From Actinomycetes bacterium (GTDB lineage Bacteria > Actinomycetota > Acidimicrobiia > Acidimicrobiales > Bog-793), in assembly GCA_021809805.1 (NCBI GenBank), contig JAJZKA010000003.1, positions 1 to 57,606 on the forward strand: a DNA stretch of 57,606 nucleotides. The letters are read 5' to 3'. Each line of letters starts with the position of its first letter. Positions within the stretch are counted from its first letter, which is position 1. The notes under the pieces are model-generated. The model was not told the DNA's origin, made no database searches, and saw only the letters and a list, made by a program, of their open reading frames with translations. Of this stretch, positions 1 to 8,700 are shown piece after piece. Both the position numbers and the translations under genes were made by a program.

Positions 1-109
1 GTGCCTTCGCGTCGCGACCGAGCTCCTTGGAGATGGCGAGCACGAGCGGAATGACCGCGACCGCCAGGCCAAGCATCATCAACGGGAGAGTGACCAAGAG
101 CATCGTCAT
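1..109 (-). CDS. Partial CDS (N-terminus only, continues off the left edge) of a small hydrophobic or membrane protein
   Basis: Own translation of the minus strand. The ATG at 109-107 is preceded by AGGAAAGGTGGGA (SD-like). It reads MTMLLVTLPLMMLGLAVAVIPLVLAISKELGRDAKA..., which is TM-helix-like. It is too short to appear in the ORF track. Confidence 0.3.
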   Translation of the reverse strand, partial: MTMLLVTLPLMMLGLAVAVIPLVLAISKELGRDAKA

Positions 110-134
110 CGCCGTCCCACCTTTCCTCACTCGT

Positions 135-160
135 GCCCCAATAGCGCGCCCCAATAGCGC
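135..160. repeat. Perfect tandem direct repeat, 2 x 13 bp (GCCCCAATAGCGC), followed by a partial third copy (GCC)
   Basis: Read directly: 135-147 and 148-160 are identical. It lies 26-51 nt upstream of the minus-strand ATG at 109. Confidence 0.9.
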
Positions 161-358
161 GCCTTTTCGAACGAGCTCCATGGTGACGCGTCGCTCTGCA
201 CGCGCCGCCAACGCGAGCTGAAGGGCACCTGAGAGCGCGTTCGCCATTCGGGTTTCCAGCCCGCAGCGAGGCTTGGCGCGCCAGGCCTTGGAAATGGAGG
301 CCAGGTGGTGAAACTGGAGGCGATTGAGCGCTTTTGTGGCGCGGTGCTTGGAGGGTGC

Positions 359-1363
359 TCAGCGCCCCGCTTCAGGAAGGCGCACGTCGTCGGGCTGGCG
401 GTGCGGGAGGGCGCTCGCCGGGATCTGGCCAAGCCGGCCGGCCTGGTAGTCCTCAAGCGCCTGGATGATCTCGTCGCGGGTGTTCATGACGAATGGGCCG
501 TAGTGCACGACGGGCTCGCCGATCGGCTGACCTCCGAGCAGCAAGACCTCGAGCGCCGGGCTCGCCGCGTCCTGGTGCTCGTCTGCAGAAAGGTTCAGCG
601 CCTCGCCGTCCCCAAAGACCGCGAGCTGGCCGACGTGGATCGGCCGACGGTCGGTGCCGACGCTGCCGCGGCCAGCGAGCACGTACGCCAACGCGTTGAA
701 GCGCGACGGCCAGGGCAGCGATGCCGCCGCGCCGGGGCTCACCGTGGCGTGCACGAGCGTGATCGGGGTAAAGGTGGCTCCGGGACCATCCTGACCAGCG
801 AGCGAGCCGGCGATCACCCGCAGCAATGCACCGCCGTCCGGAGTCGTCGCGAGCGTCGCCTCGCTGCCCCGGATGTCTTGATAGCGCGGGGGGTTCCACT
901 TGTTCGCGGCGGGCAAGTTGACCCACAGCTGGATCCCATGGAACAGGCCGCCGGACGCCACAAGCTCGGGCGGCGGGGCCTCGATGTGCAAGATTCCGGC
1001 ACCGGCGGTCATCCACTGGGTGTCGCCATTGGTGATCGTGCCGCCCCCGCCGTTCGAGTCCTGGTGCACGAAGGTGCCATCGATGATGTAGGTCACCGTC
1101 TCAAAGCCTCGGTGGGGATGCCATGGGGTGCCCTTCGGCTCGCCCGGCGCATACTCGACCTCGCCCATCTGATCCATGTGGATGAACGGGTCGAGATCCC
1201 GCATCGACACGCCGGCAAAGGCCCGGCGCACGGGGAAGCCCTCGCCCTCGAGACCCTTTGGTGCGCTCGTCAGCGATCGCACCGCGCGCGGTCGCGCCAC
1301 GACCGGGTCCGGCGCGGGAACCCGAGGGAGCACCAAGATGTTCTCAACCGTTACCGCTGGCAT
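359..1363 (-). CDS. Pirin family protein (bicupin; quercetin 2,3-dioxygenase-like)
   Basis: 334-aa ORF. Pirin hallmarks are present: PHRGFETVTYIIDG, TQWMTAGAGILHIE, LFHGIQLWVNLP. GGGGAGG SD lies just upstream of the ATG at 1363. Confidence 0.9.
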   Translation of the reverse strand: MPAVTVENILVLPRVPAPDPVVARPRAVRSLTSAPKGLEGEGFPVRRAFAGVSMRDLDPFIHMDQMGEVEYAPGEPKGTPWHPHRGFETVTYIIDGTFVHQDSNGGGGTITNGDTQWMTAGAGILHIEAPPPELVASGGLFHGIQLWVNLPAANKWNPPRYQDIRGSEATLATTPDGGALLRVIAGSLAGQDGPGATFTPITLVHATVSPGAAASLPWPSRFNALAYVLAGRGSVGTDRRPIHVGQLAVFGDGEALNLSADEHQDAASPALEVLLLGGQPIGEPVVHYGPFVMNTRDEIIQALEDYQAGRLGQIPASALPHRQPDDVRLPEAGR

Positions 1364-1459
1364 GTCCGACCTCCCCGACGGCGCCGCACCGGTGCCATCT
1401 CCACGCGACGGGCAACGATAGTTGCGCGCGCAATATTCCTCGCCCGGACCACCAGGGCA

Positions 1460-3247
1460 TCAACGACCGACGGCGTAGGCCTGCGCCCCGCGCGGATCGG
1501 CCGCGGCGCGCAGCATGTGGCCAGGGAGCCGGCCCACCGCCGTCAGGCGCCCCAGGCTGTAGGGCGCCGCCTCGATGACACGGTGCCCGCGCTCACGCAG
1601 CCTGGCGAGCACCTCTTGGCCGACACTCGCCTCGACGACGAGTTCGCCGGGGTGGGCGTCTCTTGGCGCGAACGATGAGGGCACGTGCTGATGGTGCCAG
1701 TTGGGCGCGTCGATCGCCTCTTGGAGGTCCAGGCCGTGCTCCACGTGGCGGATGAAAAAGCACATCGTCCATTGGTCCTGCTGGTCCCCACCGGGTGTGC
1801 CGAAGGCGAGCCACGGGGCACCGTCGCGCAGCACGAGGCTCGGGCTGAGCGTGGTGCGCGGCCGGCCGCCGGGACGTAGCGACGAGGCAAGGCCGTCTTG
1901 GACCCAGCACATCTGCGCCCGCGTGCCGAGACAGAAACCAAGCCCGGGAATGGTGGGTGACGCCTGGAGCCAGCCGCCGCTCGGCGTCACCGAGACGAGG
2001 TTGCCGAAGCGATCGGCGACGTCGAGGTGCGTCGTGTCGCGCCGCGCCGCCTCGATGCCGCTGCGGGGAACGATCGCCTGGTCCATGCCGCCGCGCGCCG
2101 CCTCTTTGATGAGCTGGCCGAGGAGGTCAGGAAGGCGCGGCTCGAACCCGTCGGGTGAGCCCGGGCGGATCTCGAGGCTCGCCGAATCGCCCACAAGGGC
2201 GCGGCGCGCCGCGCTGTAGGCCGGATCGAGCAGTCCGGCGAGCGGCACCTCGACCTGGCGGGGGTCGCCGTAGTAGGCCTCCCGGTCGGCGAAGGCCAGC
2301 TTGCTCACCTCGGTCACGAGGTGGATCAGCTCGGCGCTCGTCGGGCCGAGTGCTCCAAGGTCCATCTCTTCCAGCAACGCCAGCTGTTGGAGGAAGACCG
2401 GTCCCTGGCCCCAGGGCCCGGTCTTGCAGATCTCGAGGTCGCGGTAGCGGGCACGGACCGCTGGTTCGAAGCTCGCCCGCCAACGCGCGAGGTCGCTGCC
2501 ACGCAACAAGCCCGCATGCTCGCCCGCTTCGTCGCTGACCACGTCGCGCACAAAGCCGTCGATCGCCTCGGCCACGAAGCCCTCGTAGACGGCTTGCCGT
2601 GCCCGTTCGATCTGTGCCGAGCGGTCCGCACCGGCTGTCTCGCCCTCGGCCACGATGCGTTCAAAGGTCTCAGCGAGCGGTCGGTTCCACAGGCGCTGGC
2701 CCGGCACGGGCAGCCCGCCGCCGAGCCACAGGGCCTCGGTGCTCGGCCAGTTCATACCGACGAAGCTCGCGCTCGTCGCGAGGACGTTCGCGAGCGAGGC
2801 GAGGGCGGGAAACCCGTCCTTTGCATAAAAGATCGCCGGAGCAAAGACGTCGCGCAGCCCCAGCGTGCCGAAGCGGTCCAAGAGCGCGAACCACGCTCCG
2901 AACGCCCCGGGAACGCAGGCGGCGAGCAGGCCGGTCCCTGGCACTCGATCCAGACCGAGCTCGGAGAACCTCGCGGGCGTCGCCGCCTGGGGGATGGGCC
3001 CTTGGCCATCGAGCACGAACACCTCGTCCTCGCGCGCCGAGTAGAAGACTGCCGGCACCTCGCCACCTGGACCGCACTGGTGGGGCTCGACGACGTGCAG
3101 CACAAGGCCCGCGGCGACCGCGGCGTCGAACGCGTTGCCACCCCGCTCGAGCATCGCCATGCCGGACTGTGCTGCGAGGTAGTGCGTCGCGGCGATGACG
3201 CCGAGCGTCCCATTGATCTGCGGACGAGTCGTGAAGTTCCCGGCCAT
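1460..3247 (-). CDS. ggt: Gamma-glutamyltransferase family protein with no obvious signal peptide
   Basis: The ORF is 1460-3358. The family signature starts at the internal MAGNFTTRPQINGTLGVIAATHYLAAQSG (ATG 3247). An autoprocessing Thr context (RRDTTHLDVADRFGNLVSVTPSGG) and a GTPGGDQQDQ motif are present. The start is uncertain (3247 vs 3358). Confidence 0.85.
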   Translation of the reverse strand: MAGNFTTRPQINGTLGVIAATHYLAAQSGMAMLERGGNAFDAAVAAGLVLHVVEPHQCGPGGEVPAVFYSAREDEVFVLDGQGPIPQAATPARFSELGLDRVPGTGLLAACVPGAFGAWFALLDRFGTLGLRDVFAPAIFYAKDGFPALASLANVLATSASFVGMNWPSTEALWLGGGLPVPGQRLWNRPLAETFERIVAEGETAGADRSAQIERARQAVYEGFVAEAIDGFVRDVVSDEAGEHAGLLRGSDLARWRASFEPAVRARYRDLEICKTGPWGQGPVFLQQLALLEEMDLGALGPTSAELIHLVTEVSKLAFADREAYYGDPRQVEVPLAGLLDPAYSAARRALVGDSASLEIRPGSPDGFEPRLPDLLGQLIKEAARGGMDQAIVPRSGIEAARRDTTHLDVADRFGNLVSVTPSGGWLQASPTIPGLGFCLGTRAQMCWVQDGLASSLRPGGRPRTTLSPSLVLRDGAPWLAFGTPGGDQQDQWTMCFFIRHVEHGLDLQEAIDAPNWHHQHVPSSFAPRDAHPGELVVEASVGQEVLARLRERGHRVIEAAPYSLGRLTAVGRLPGHMLRAAADPRGAQAYAVGR

Positions 3248-3308
3248 CGCGTGACCATAGCCCTCGCAAGAGCGCCCCGGCCGCTGCGCTTTGGGCAAAG
3301 CGGGCGAA

Positions 3309-4232
3309 TCAGCGCCGCTTGGGGAGGCTCGAGAGCCCGGACCAGACCAGCTGGCCAAAGTTGGGCGGCCAGGTGTGGGTGCCGCCGTTGACCGTCACGA
3401 GCTCGACCCGCATCGATTGCGCGCAGTTTCGGTAAGCGGTCGTGACCTCGTTGGTCGCCGGGCGGGTGCTCTTCGCCCTTGTCTTGCAACGATCGAGCGA
3501 TGCCCAGCGGGCGAGGTTCTCGGGCGCGGAGAGCACGGTCGTTCCGCCACCCACGCCATAAAAGCGGCCCCCACGATAAGGGATGGCGCTATCGGCAGTC
3601 CCGTGCACCTCGAGCAATGAGACCGGGCGGCTGGGCTTGCACGTCGCCGACACCGATACGGGGAGCTCACCTTCGACCGGCATGATCAAGTCCAGCTCAC
3701 CGGCGAGCTTGCAGCCGAGATCTTCGACAAGCAGCGCCCCGTTGGAGATCCCGGCCGCGGCGATCTCGCTGCGGTTCACCGGGTAGTGCGACTCGATGTA
3801 GGCGAGCGCGTCGTGCGTGAAGCTGACGTCATTGACCCCGGCCGCGTGCGCTGGCGTATTGCCGGCGTTCTCGTTCCAGGTGTTGTCATAGCCTTGCAGG
3901 TAAGCGGTCAAGATGCCGTGTTGGTCCGCGATCTTGGGCAGGTTCGTCTGGCCGGGCAGCCCTGCGGCGGTCCCTCCGGCGCCGTTGTACATCAAGACCA
4001 GCGGCATCGGTCCCTTCGGCAGCGGGTTCGGCACGTTGACGATGAAGCTGCGAGCGAACCCCCCGACTTGGATCGTGTAGGTGTTGCTCGCCCCTGCCGC
4101 GTGCGACGGGTGCTTGGTCGCATGCATCACCGGCGCGGTGAGCGCTGCCGCACTCGAGCATCCAGCCAGCAGCGTGCCGGCGAGCGCCAACATGCCTGCA
4201 TGCCGCGCAAGTCGCGCCCGCCTAGATGCCAT
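3309..4232 (-). CDS. Secreted lipoprotein esterase, PHB-depolymerase / LpqC-like alpha/beta hydrolase
   Basis: Lipobox signal MASRRARLARHAGMLALAGTLLAGC. Family motifs are VLMYNGAGGTAAG, GISNGA (nucleophile elbow) and HGTADSAIPY. GAGGAGG lies 9 nt upstream of the ATG at 4232, with an alternative ATG at 4250. The gene overlaps the ATP-grasp stop. Confidence 0.8.
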   Translation of the reverse strand: MASRRARLARHAGMLALAGTLLAGCSSAAALTAPVMHATKHPSHAAGASNTYTIQVGGFARSFIVNVPNPLPKGPMPLVLMYNGAGGTAAGLPGQTNLPKIADQHGILTAYLQGYDNTWNENAGNTPAHAAGVNDVSFTHDALAYIESHYPVNRSEIAAAGISNGALLVEDLGCKLAGELDLIMPVEGELPVSVSATCKPSRPVSLLEVHGTADSAIPYRGGRFYGVGGGTTVLSAPENLARWASLDRCKTRAKSTRPATNEVTTAYRNCAQSMRVELVTVNGGTHTWPPNFGQLVWSGLSSLPKRR

Positions 4233-5490
4233 CGATTTGAACCTCCTCATGGACCCGCCGCTCGAGCTCGATCAGCTGATCGTGATCGCGAGCCTCACCG
4301 AGCACGGAGAAGACGTGCCCATGATTGCCCTCGCGCCAATCCACCTTGTTGCCGACGCCGCGGTTCACGACAACCTCTTTGACCTCCGGCCAGTTCGCGA
4401 GCGCGTCGATCCCCTCAAGCCCGGTGATCGTGTGGGTCGACCAGGGGGCGTGCACATACAACAGCCACCCCACCCGCGAACAGTGCGCCTGGCCGTCGAA
4501 GCGCACGTCCTCGCCGAGGGCGAGCCGCAGCGCCACGGGATACAAGTCGATGCCTGCGGCGATGGTAAGCATCTCGGACATCCCGCCGCCGAGCCGGCCA
4601 TTCACCTCGATCACCCGCGGCCCGTCTGGGGTCAGCTTGATCTCGATGTGGAGACAGCCTTGGGTGATCGCGAGTGCCTTCGCGCTGCGACAAGCCGCAT
4701 CGATCACCGCCGCGCCCAGGTCCTCTTCGAGGGCGGCGGGAATGAAAAAGCCGGTCTCGCGGAAGGGCTCGGCGGGCGGGAAACGCCCGGTGACCGCCAC
4801 TGGATAGACGACCCCACGACTGACGACGCATTCCACCGAGACGTAGTGGCCAAATTCCGGGCGAAGGAGACCCGGCCCGTCTCGGAGGTACTCCTCCAAG
4901 ACGAGGCCACGGCCGGGACGCTCGGCTTCGGACTGCTCGGCAAGCACGCGCGCCTCTTTCAGGGACTCGACGCGGAAGGTGTCGCGGCTTGCCTCCCCGA
5001 TTCGGGGCTTCAACACCGCCGGGAATACGGCCTCGGCACCAAGACGCTCCCAACCCTTGGCATCCTCAAGTGCCGGCACGATCGCGTAGCGCGGCACCTC
5101 GAGGCCGCCCTGCGCCAGCGCTTGGCGCTGGGTGAACTTATCGGTGAGCGCGCTTGTTGTCTTGCTTGAAAAGAACGACAGGCCGAGCAGCTCGGAAAGT
5201 CGTGCCGTCGTCGTCAGCCGCGCGTCCGCGAGGGTCAAGATCCCCGCTGGGTCGTGTCGCCCGATCGCTTCGGCGGCTTGCTCGTCACCCATCTCGGCAA
5301 TGTCCACGACAGTGCCAAGGCGCGCGAGCAGGCGCGCCATGTCCTGGGTCTCCAAGATGGTGTGATCGACCACCCAGATCAGCTCGCAAAGCCCCTCCGC
5401 CGCAGCGCTCAGCGTGAAGGTCGGGAACGAGGTCGGGTGATAGACGTAGGCGAGGCGCGGCAGTCCCGTTCGCCTTCTGGCTCCGGCCAT
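4222..5490 (-). CDS. ATP-grasp domain protein (carboxylate-amine / L-amino-acid-ligase-like)
   Basis: The ATP-grasp core is present: FPAVLKPRIGEASRDTFRV, LVLEEYL, CLHIEIKLTPDGPRVIEVNGRLGGG. The ATG at 5490 lies 7 nt after the upstream gene's stop at 5498. Confidence 0.8.
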   Translation of the reverse strand: MAGARRRTGLPRLAYVYHPTSFPTFTLSAAAEGLCELIWVVDHTILETQDMARLLARLGTVVDIAEMGDEQAAEAIGRHDPAGILTLADARLTTTARLSELLGLSFFSSKTTSALTDKFTQRQALAQGGLEVPRYAIVPALEDAKGWERLGAEAVFPAVLKPRIGEASRDTFRVESLKEARVLAEQSEAERPGRGLVLEEYLRDGPGLLRPEFGHYVSVECVVSRGVVYPVAVTGRFPPAEPFRETGFFIPAALEEDLGAAVIDAACRSAKALAITQGCLHIEIKLTPDGPRVIEVNGRLGGGMSEMLTIAAGIDLYPVALRLALGEDVRFDGQAHCSRVGWLLYVHAPWSTHTITGLEGIDALANWPEVKEVVVNRGVGNKVDWREGNHGHVFSVLGEARDHDQLIELERRVHEEVQIDGI

Positions 5491-5497
5491 CGCCCGA

Positions 5498-6670
5498 TCA
5501 GATGTCCTTCCACGCCCGCAACACGGCCGCGTTGTCCTGGATCTGACGGTCATTACTGACCATCACCAGCCCTCCGTGCGCATCGCGGATGACGCGGTCG
5601 AGCGGGAAGATGCCGTCCCGGCGAAAGCCCTCGATCCCACAGATCGTGAGCGCGGAGGTCGCGCACTCCACCGCCAGACGGGAGGCACCGACCTTCAAGT
5701 TGCGCAGCGCCACCGCGAGCGCGACGTCCTCGATCGCCTCGTCATCGTCTTTGACCGCTTCGTACCATGCCGTACAGCTGTCAAGGAGCGAGCGGGATTC
5801 CTGCAGGCGGAGCACGAGCTCGGAGAAGCGGATCGCGTTGGGGAGCACCTTGTCCTGCTCCTTGCGCGCCGCCTTGCGCACATAGGCGTGCGCGTGGGCG
5901 GCCGCCGCTTCGGCAAGTCCCACCCAGGTCGCCGACAAGAGCAACTGGCGCAGCTGGCCGGCGCCGTGGTTGGCGATCGTCGAGAACGGCACCGGAAAGA
6001 TCATCTTCGGGTCGATATCGGCCGTGAGGTGGAAGCTCTTCGAGCACGTCCCCCTCAGCCCCATCGTGTCCCAGGTCGACGTCGGCTCAAGCAAAAGCGT
6101 TGGCGGCCGACACACGACGAGGACCTGGTCGGTCTCGGCTGCCTCCGGCGAGCGACGACAGTTGGCGATGATCGCGTCCGCGTATTCTCCATAGGAGATC
6201 GCAAGCGTCTGCTTATCGAGGAAATAGCCACCCTCTTTTGGTACGAGCGCACAGAAGCTGCGACTGACGTCACCGCCGAGTCCGACCTCGCTGTTGGCAT
6301 TTGCGAGAAGCAGCTGGCGCTCGCCCACCTCGGCGAGCAGGTCCTGCAGCGGCCCGGTCGTGCCATTGCGCGCGAGCGAGGCCACCTCGATCGAGTGCAT
6401 GGCGAGCACGAGGGCGCTCGATGCACAGTGAAGCGCGAGCGCTCGCACGGCTCCGGCGACCTCGCTCACCGACGCGCCAAGACCGCCGAGTTCGCGCGGG
6501 ACCAGCGCAGCGAGCAGCCTCGCCTCGCGCAGGGCCTCTACGGTCTCGCTCGGAAAGCGCGCCTGCTCGTCGACGTCAGGCGCGGCTGGCGCCGCGACGT
6601 CGGTCCCGATCTGCCAAGCTCGCCGCTGGATCTCCCCAGTCCCGAGCGCCGGTGCAACGAGCGTGTCCAA
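5498..6670 (-). CDS. Acyl-CoA dehydrogenase-fold flavoprotein (type-2 / monooxygenase-like subgroup suspected)
   Basis: ACAD N-terminal pattern ARFPSETVEALREARLLAALVPRELGGLG. The C-terminus RVIRDAHGGLVMVSNDRQIQ aligns to the canonical RDAKITQIYEGTSEIQ but has Val where the catalytic Glu sits. I propose a TTG start at 6670 preceded by GGGAGGAGA. The ORF-track start at 6838 would overlap the divergent peptidase gene. Confidence 0.8.
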   Translation of the reverse strand: MDTLVAPALGTGEIQRRAWQIGTDVAAPAAPDVDEQARFPSETVEALREARLLAALVPRELGGLGASVSEVAGAVRALALHCASSALVLAMHSIEVASLARNGTTGPLQDLLAEVGERQLLLANANSEVGLGGDVSRSFCALVPKEGGYFLDKQTLAISYGEYADAIIANCRRSPEAAETDQVLVVCRPPTLLLEPTSTWDTMGLRGTCSKSFHLTADIDPKMIFPVPFSTIANHGAGQLRQLLLSATWVGLAEAAAAHAHAYVRKAARKEQDKVLPNAIRFSELVLRLQESRSLLDSCTAWYEAVKDDDEAIEDVALAVALRNLKVGASRLAVECATSALTICGIEGFRRDGIFPLDRVIRDAHGGLVMVSNDRQIQDNAAVLRAWKDI

Positions 6671-6804
6671 CGCAGCTCTCCTCCCGTTGTTATCGACGCG
6701 GCCTTTTTGCCCAACTTCCTTTCCGGGCAACCCGCCTTGTTCGCTACGAGTAGGCCCGGGCCCGCCATCCCCCAAGAGCGTCGGGCCGAGCCGGTCAAAG
6801 GACC

Positions 6805-8700
6805 GTGGTGAACAAGGCCCCCAAGCCAGCGGCAACAATGGCGCTCATGTCGCCGCCACTGCCCGATCAATCGGCCCTCGAGCTGTTCCGTGCGCTGCTG
6901 CGCACGCGCTCGGCGGTCCTTGCCGACGTCGCTTCGGGGACAAGCGAGCGCGTCCTTGTGCGCTCGGACACTGGCGGGACGATGCAGCTCTTTGAGTACG
7001 TCGAGGGAGAGCTCGTCGCACTGAGCGACCTGGCCGAGCCCGTCGCCTCGGCGCGCTATGTGCCTGGCAGCGATCTCATCGTCGTCGCGCTGGACCGGGG
7101 TGGTGACGAGCGCCACCAGCTCTATCTGCTCGATCGCGCGAAGGCCACCGCGGCAGCCTGCACCTCGCTCGACCAGCTCGATGCGCTCACTGCCGATCAG
7201 CGCTATGCCCACCAGGACGCGGGCATCTCCCCAGACGGCCGGCTCCTCGCCTATGTCTCGAACCGGGCCACCGGGGTGCATTTTGACGTCTGGCTCTGCG
7301 ACCTCGAGCACCGCGAGCACCGCCTGATCTATGGCGCCGAGTCCTGGTGCCATCCCGCGTCGGGCTTCTCCCCCGACGGGCGGTACCTGAGCGTGGCGGT
7401 TCCGGGGAACGCCCCGCTCGACGTCGAGCTCGTGCTGATCGAGGTCGCGACCGGGACGGCACGGGCCGTCTGCCCGCACCCCGACGAAGCGGCGCTCGTC
7501 GGCGCACCGGGCTGGCTGGATCCCGACCGCTTTGTCGCCTCCTCCAATGTCGGCCGGGATTTCGCCGCGCTGTGCGTCTTTGACCTGGGCAAGGACTCGG
7601 TGACCAGCCTGGAGGGCACGGGCGAGGACGCAGATGCGGAGGTCGTTACGGCCGGCGACGGCTCGGTCATCGCCTGCATCGAGAACCGCAACGGCGCGAG
7701 TGCCCTCAGCCTGCACGATCCGCAGTGGACCACGGCCACCGAGGTCCCCCTCGCCGATCGCGGGGCGGTCAGCTCCTACCAGCTCGGAGCGCCGCAGCTG
7801 TCGAGCGACGGCGAACGTCTCTACTACAGCCTGTCGAGCCCGACGCTTCCCGCCGATGTGTGGTGCTTCGAGCGCCGCTTTGGCACGGCGCGCCGGCTGA
7901 GTGACGCTGCTCGGTCCCTGCCGGGCGCCCCGCTCGCGCCCTGTGAGGAAGCGAGCGTCGAGAGCTTCGACGGCGAGCGCATCCCCTTGTTCGTCTTCCG
8001 CCCGGACCGATCCGATCGAGCTCCGGTGGTGGTGCTCATCCACGGCGGCCCCGAGTCCCAGTCGCTCCAGTCCTTCAACCCGGTCGTCCACGGCCTCGTC
8101 GCGGCGGGCTACGGCGTCGTCGTCCCCAACGTGCGCGGCTCGACCGGCTATGGCAAGCGCTTCGCGGCGCTCGATGACACGAGGCGTCGGCTCGACTCGG
8201 TCCGCGACCTCGAAGCAGTGCACGACTTTTGCTCCACCGCCGGATTTGACGCCGGACGCGCGGTCTTGTGGGGCGGCTCCTATGGCGGCTACATGGTGCT
8301 CGCCGGCCTTGCCTTCCAACCCGAGCGCTGGGCGGCGGGGGTCGACATCGTCGGCATCTCCGATCTCGTCACCTTCCTCGAGCGCACCTCGGACTACCGT
8401 CGGGCACATCGCGAGCGCGAATACGGCTCGTTAGCCCGCGACCGCGACTTCCTCGCCAGCGCCTCGCCGTTGCGCCATGTCGAGCACATGGTGGCGCCGC
8501 TGTTCGTCATCCACGGGCGCAATGACCCCCGCGTCCCCCTCGGCGAGGCCGAGCAGCTCGTGGCCGCCCTCCAGGAGCGCCAGGTGCCCTGCGAGCTCGC
8601 CATCTACGACGACGAGGGCCATGGGCTCGCGCGCCTCGCGAACCGACTCGACGCCTATCCCCGCGCCGTGAGCTTCCTCAACCGCGTGCTGGGCTCGTGA
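6805..8700 (+). CDS. S9 family serine peptidase (prolyl oligopeptidase / acylaminoacyl-peptidase type) with an N-terminal beta-propeller
   Basis: GGSYGGYM nucleophile elbow, VIHGRNDPRVP and DDEGHG catalytic-triad contexts. The N-terminal half is TolB-like and repetitive. The start is uncertain (GTG 6805 / ATG 6838). Confidence 0.9.
   Translation: MVNKAPKPAATMALMSPPLPDQSALELFRALLRTRSAVLADVASGTSERVLVRSDTGGTMQLFEYVEGELVALSDLAEPVASARYVPGSDLIVVALDRGGDERHQLYLLDRAKATAAACTSLDQLDALTADQRYAHQDAGISPDGRLLAYVSNRATGVHFDVWLCDLEHREHRLIYGAESWCHPASGFSPDGRYLSVAVPGNAPLDVELVLIEVATGTARAVCPHPDEAALVGAPGWLDPDRFVASSNVGRDFAALCVFDLGKDSVTSLEGTGEDADAEVVTAGDGSVIACIENRNGASALSLHDPQWTTATEVPLADRGAVSSYQLGAPQLSSDGERLYYSLSSPTLPADVWCFERRFGTARRLSDAARSLPGAPLAPCEEASVESFDGERIPLFVFRPDRSDRAPVVVLIHGGPESQSLQSFNPVVHGLVAAGYGVVVPNVRGSTGYGKRFAALDDTRRRLDSVRDLEAVHDFCSTAGFDAGRAVLWGGSYGGYMVLAGLAFQPERWAAGVDIVGISDLVTFLERTSDYRRAHREREYGSLARDRDFLASASPLRHVEHMVAPLFVIHGRNDPRVPLGEAEQLVAALQERQVPCELAIYDDEGHGLARLANRLDAYPRAVSFLNRVLGS

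Noticed and set aside
305-1678. 457-aa plus-strand ORF spanning the pirin gene and the end of the GGT gene
   Set aside because: It is antisense to two genes with clear family motifs. Its translation is Arg/Ala/Gly-rich with no recognisable domain. This is the typical shadow ORF of a high-G+C genome.
6671-6838. N-terminal extensions offered by the ORF track. The case here is the ACAD-fold gene; others are 12778-13011, 16198-16416, 21272-21427, 21889-22182, 34485-34967, 37184-37405, 41780-41875, 46979-47134 and 49752-49904
   Set aside because: The extensions are Arg/Pro/Ser-rich, overlap the neighbouring gene or regulatory elements, and precede better starts (SD-linked or stop-overlapping) at which the family-conserved sequence begins.
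6538-8409. 623-aa minus-strand ORF
   Set aside because: It is antisense to the S9 peptidase, which has an unambiguous GxSxGG / catalytic-triad signature. The composition is dominated by Arg, Ala, Gly and Asp.
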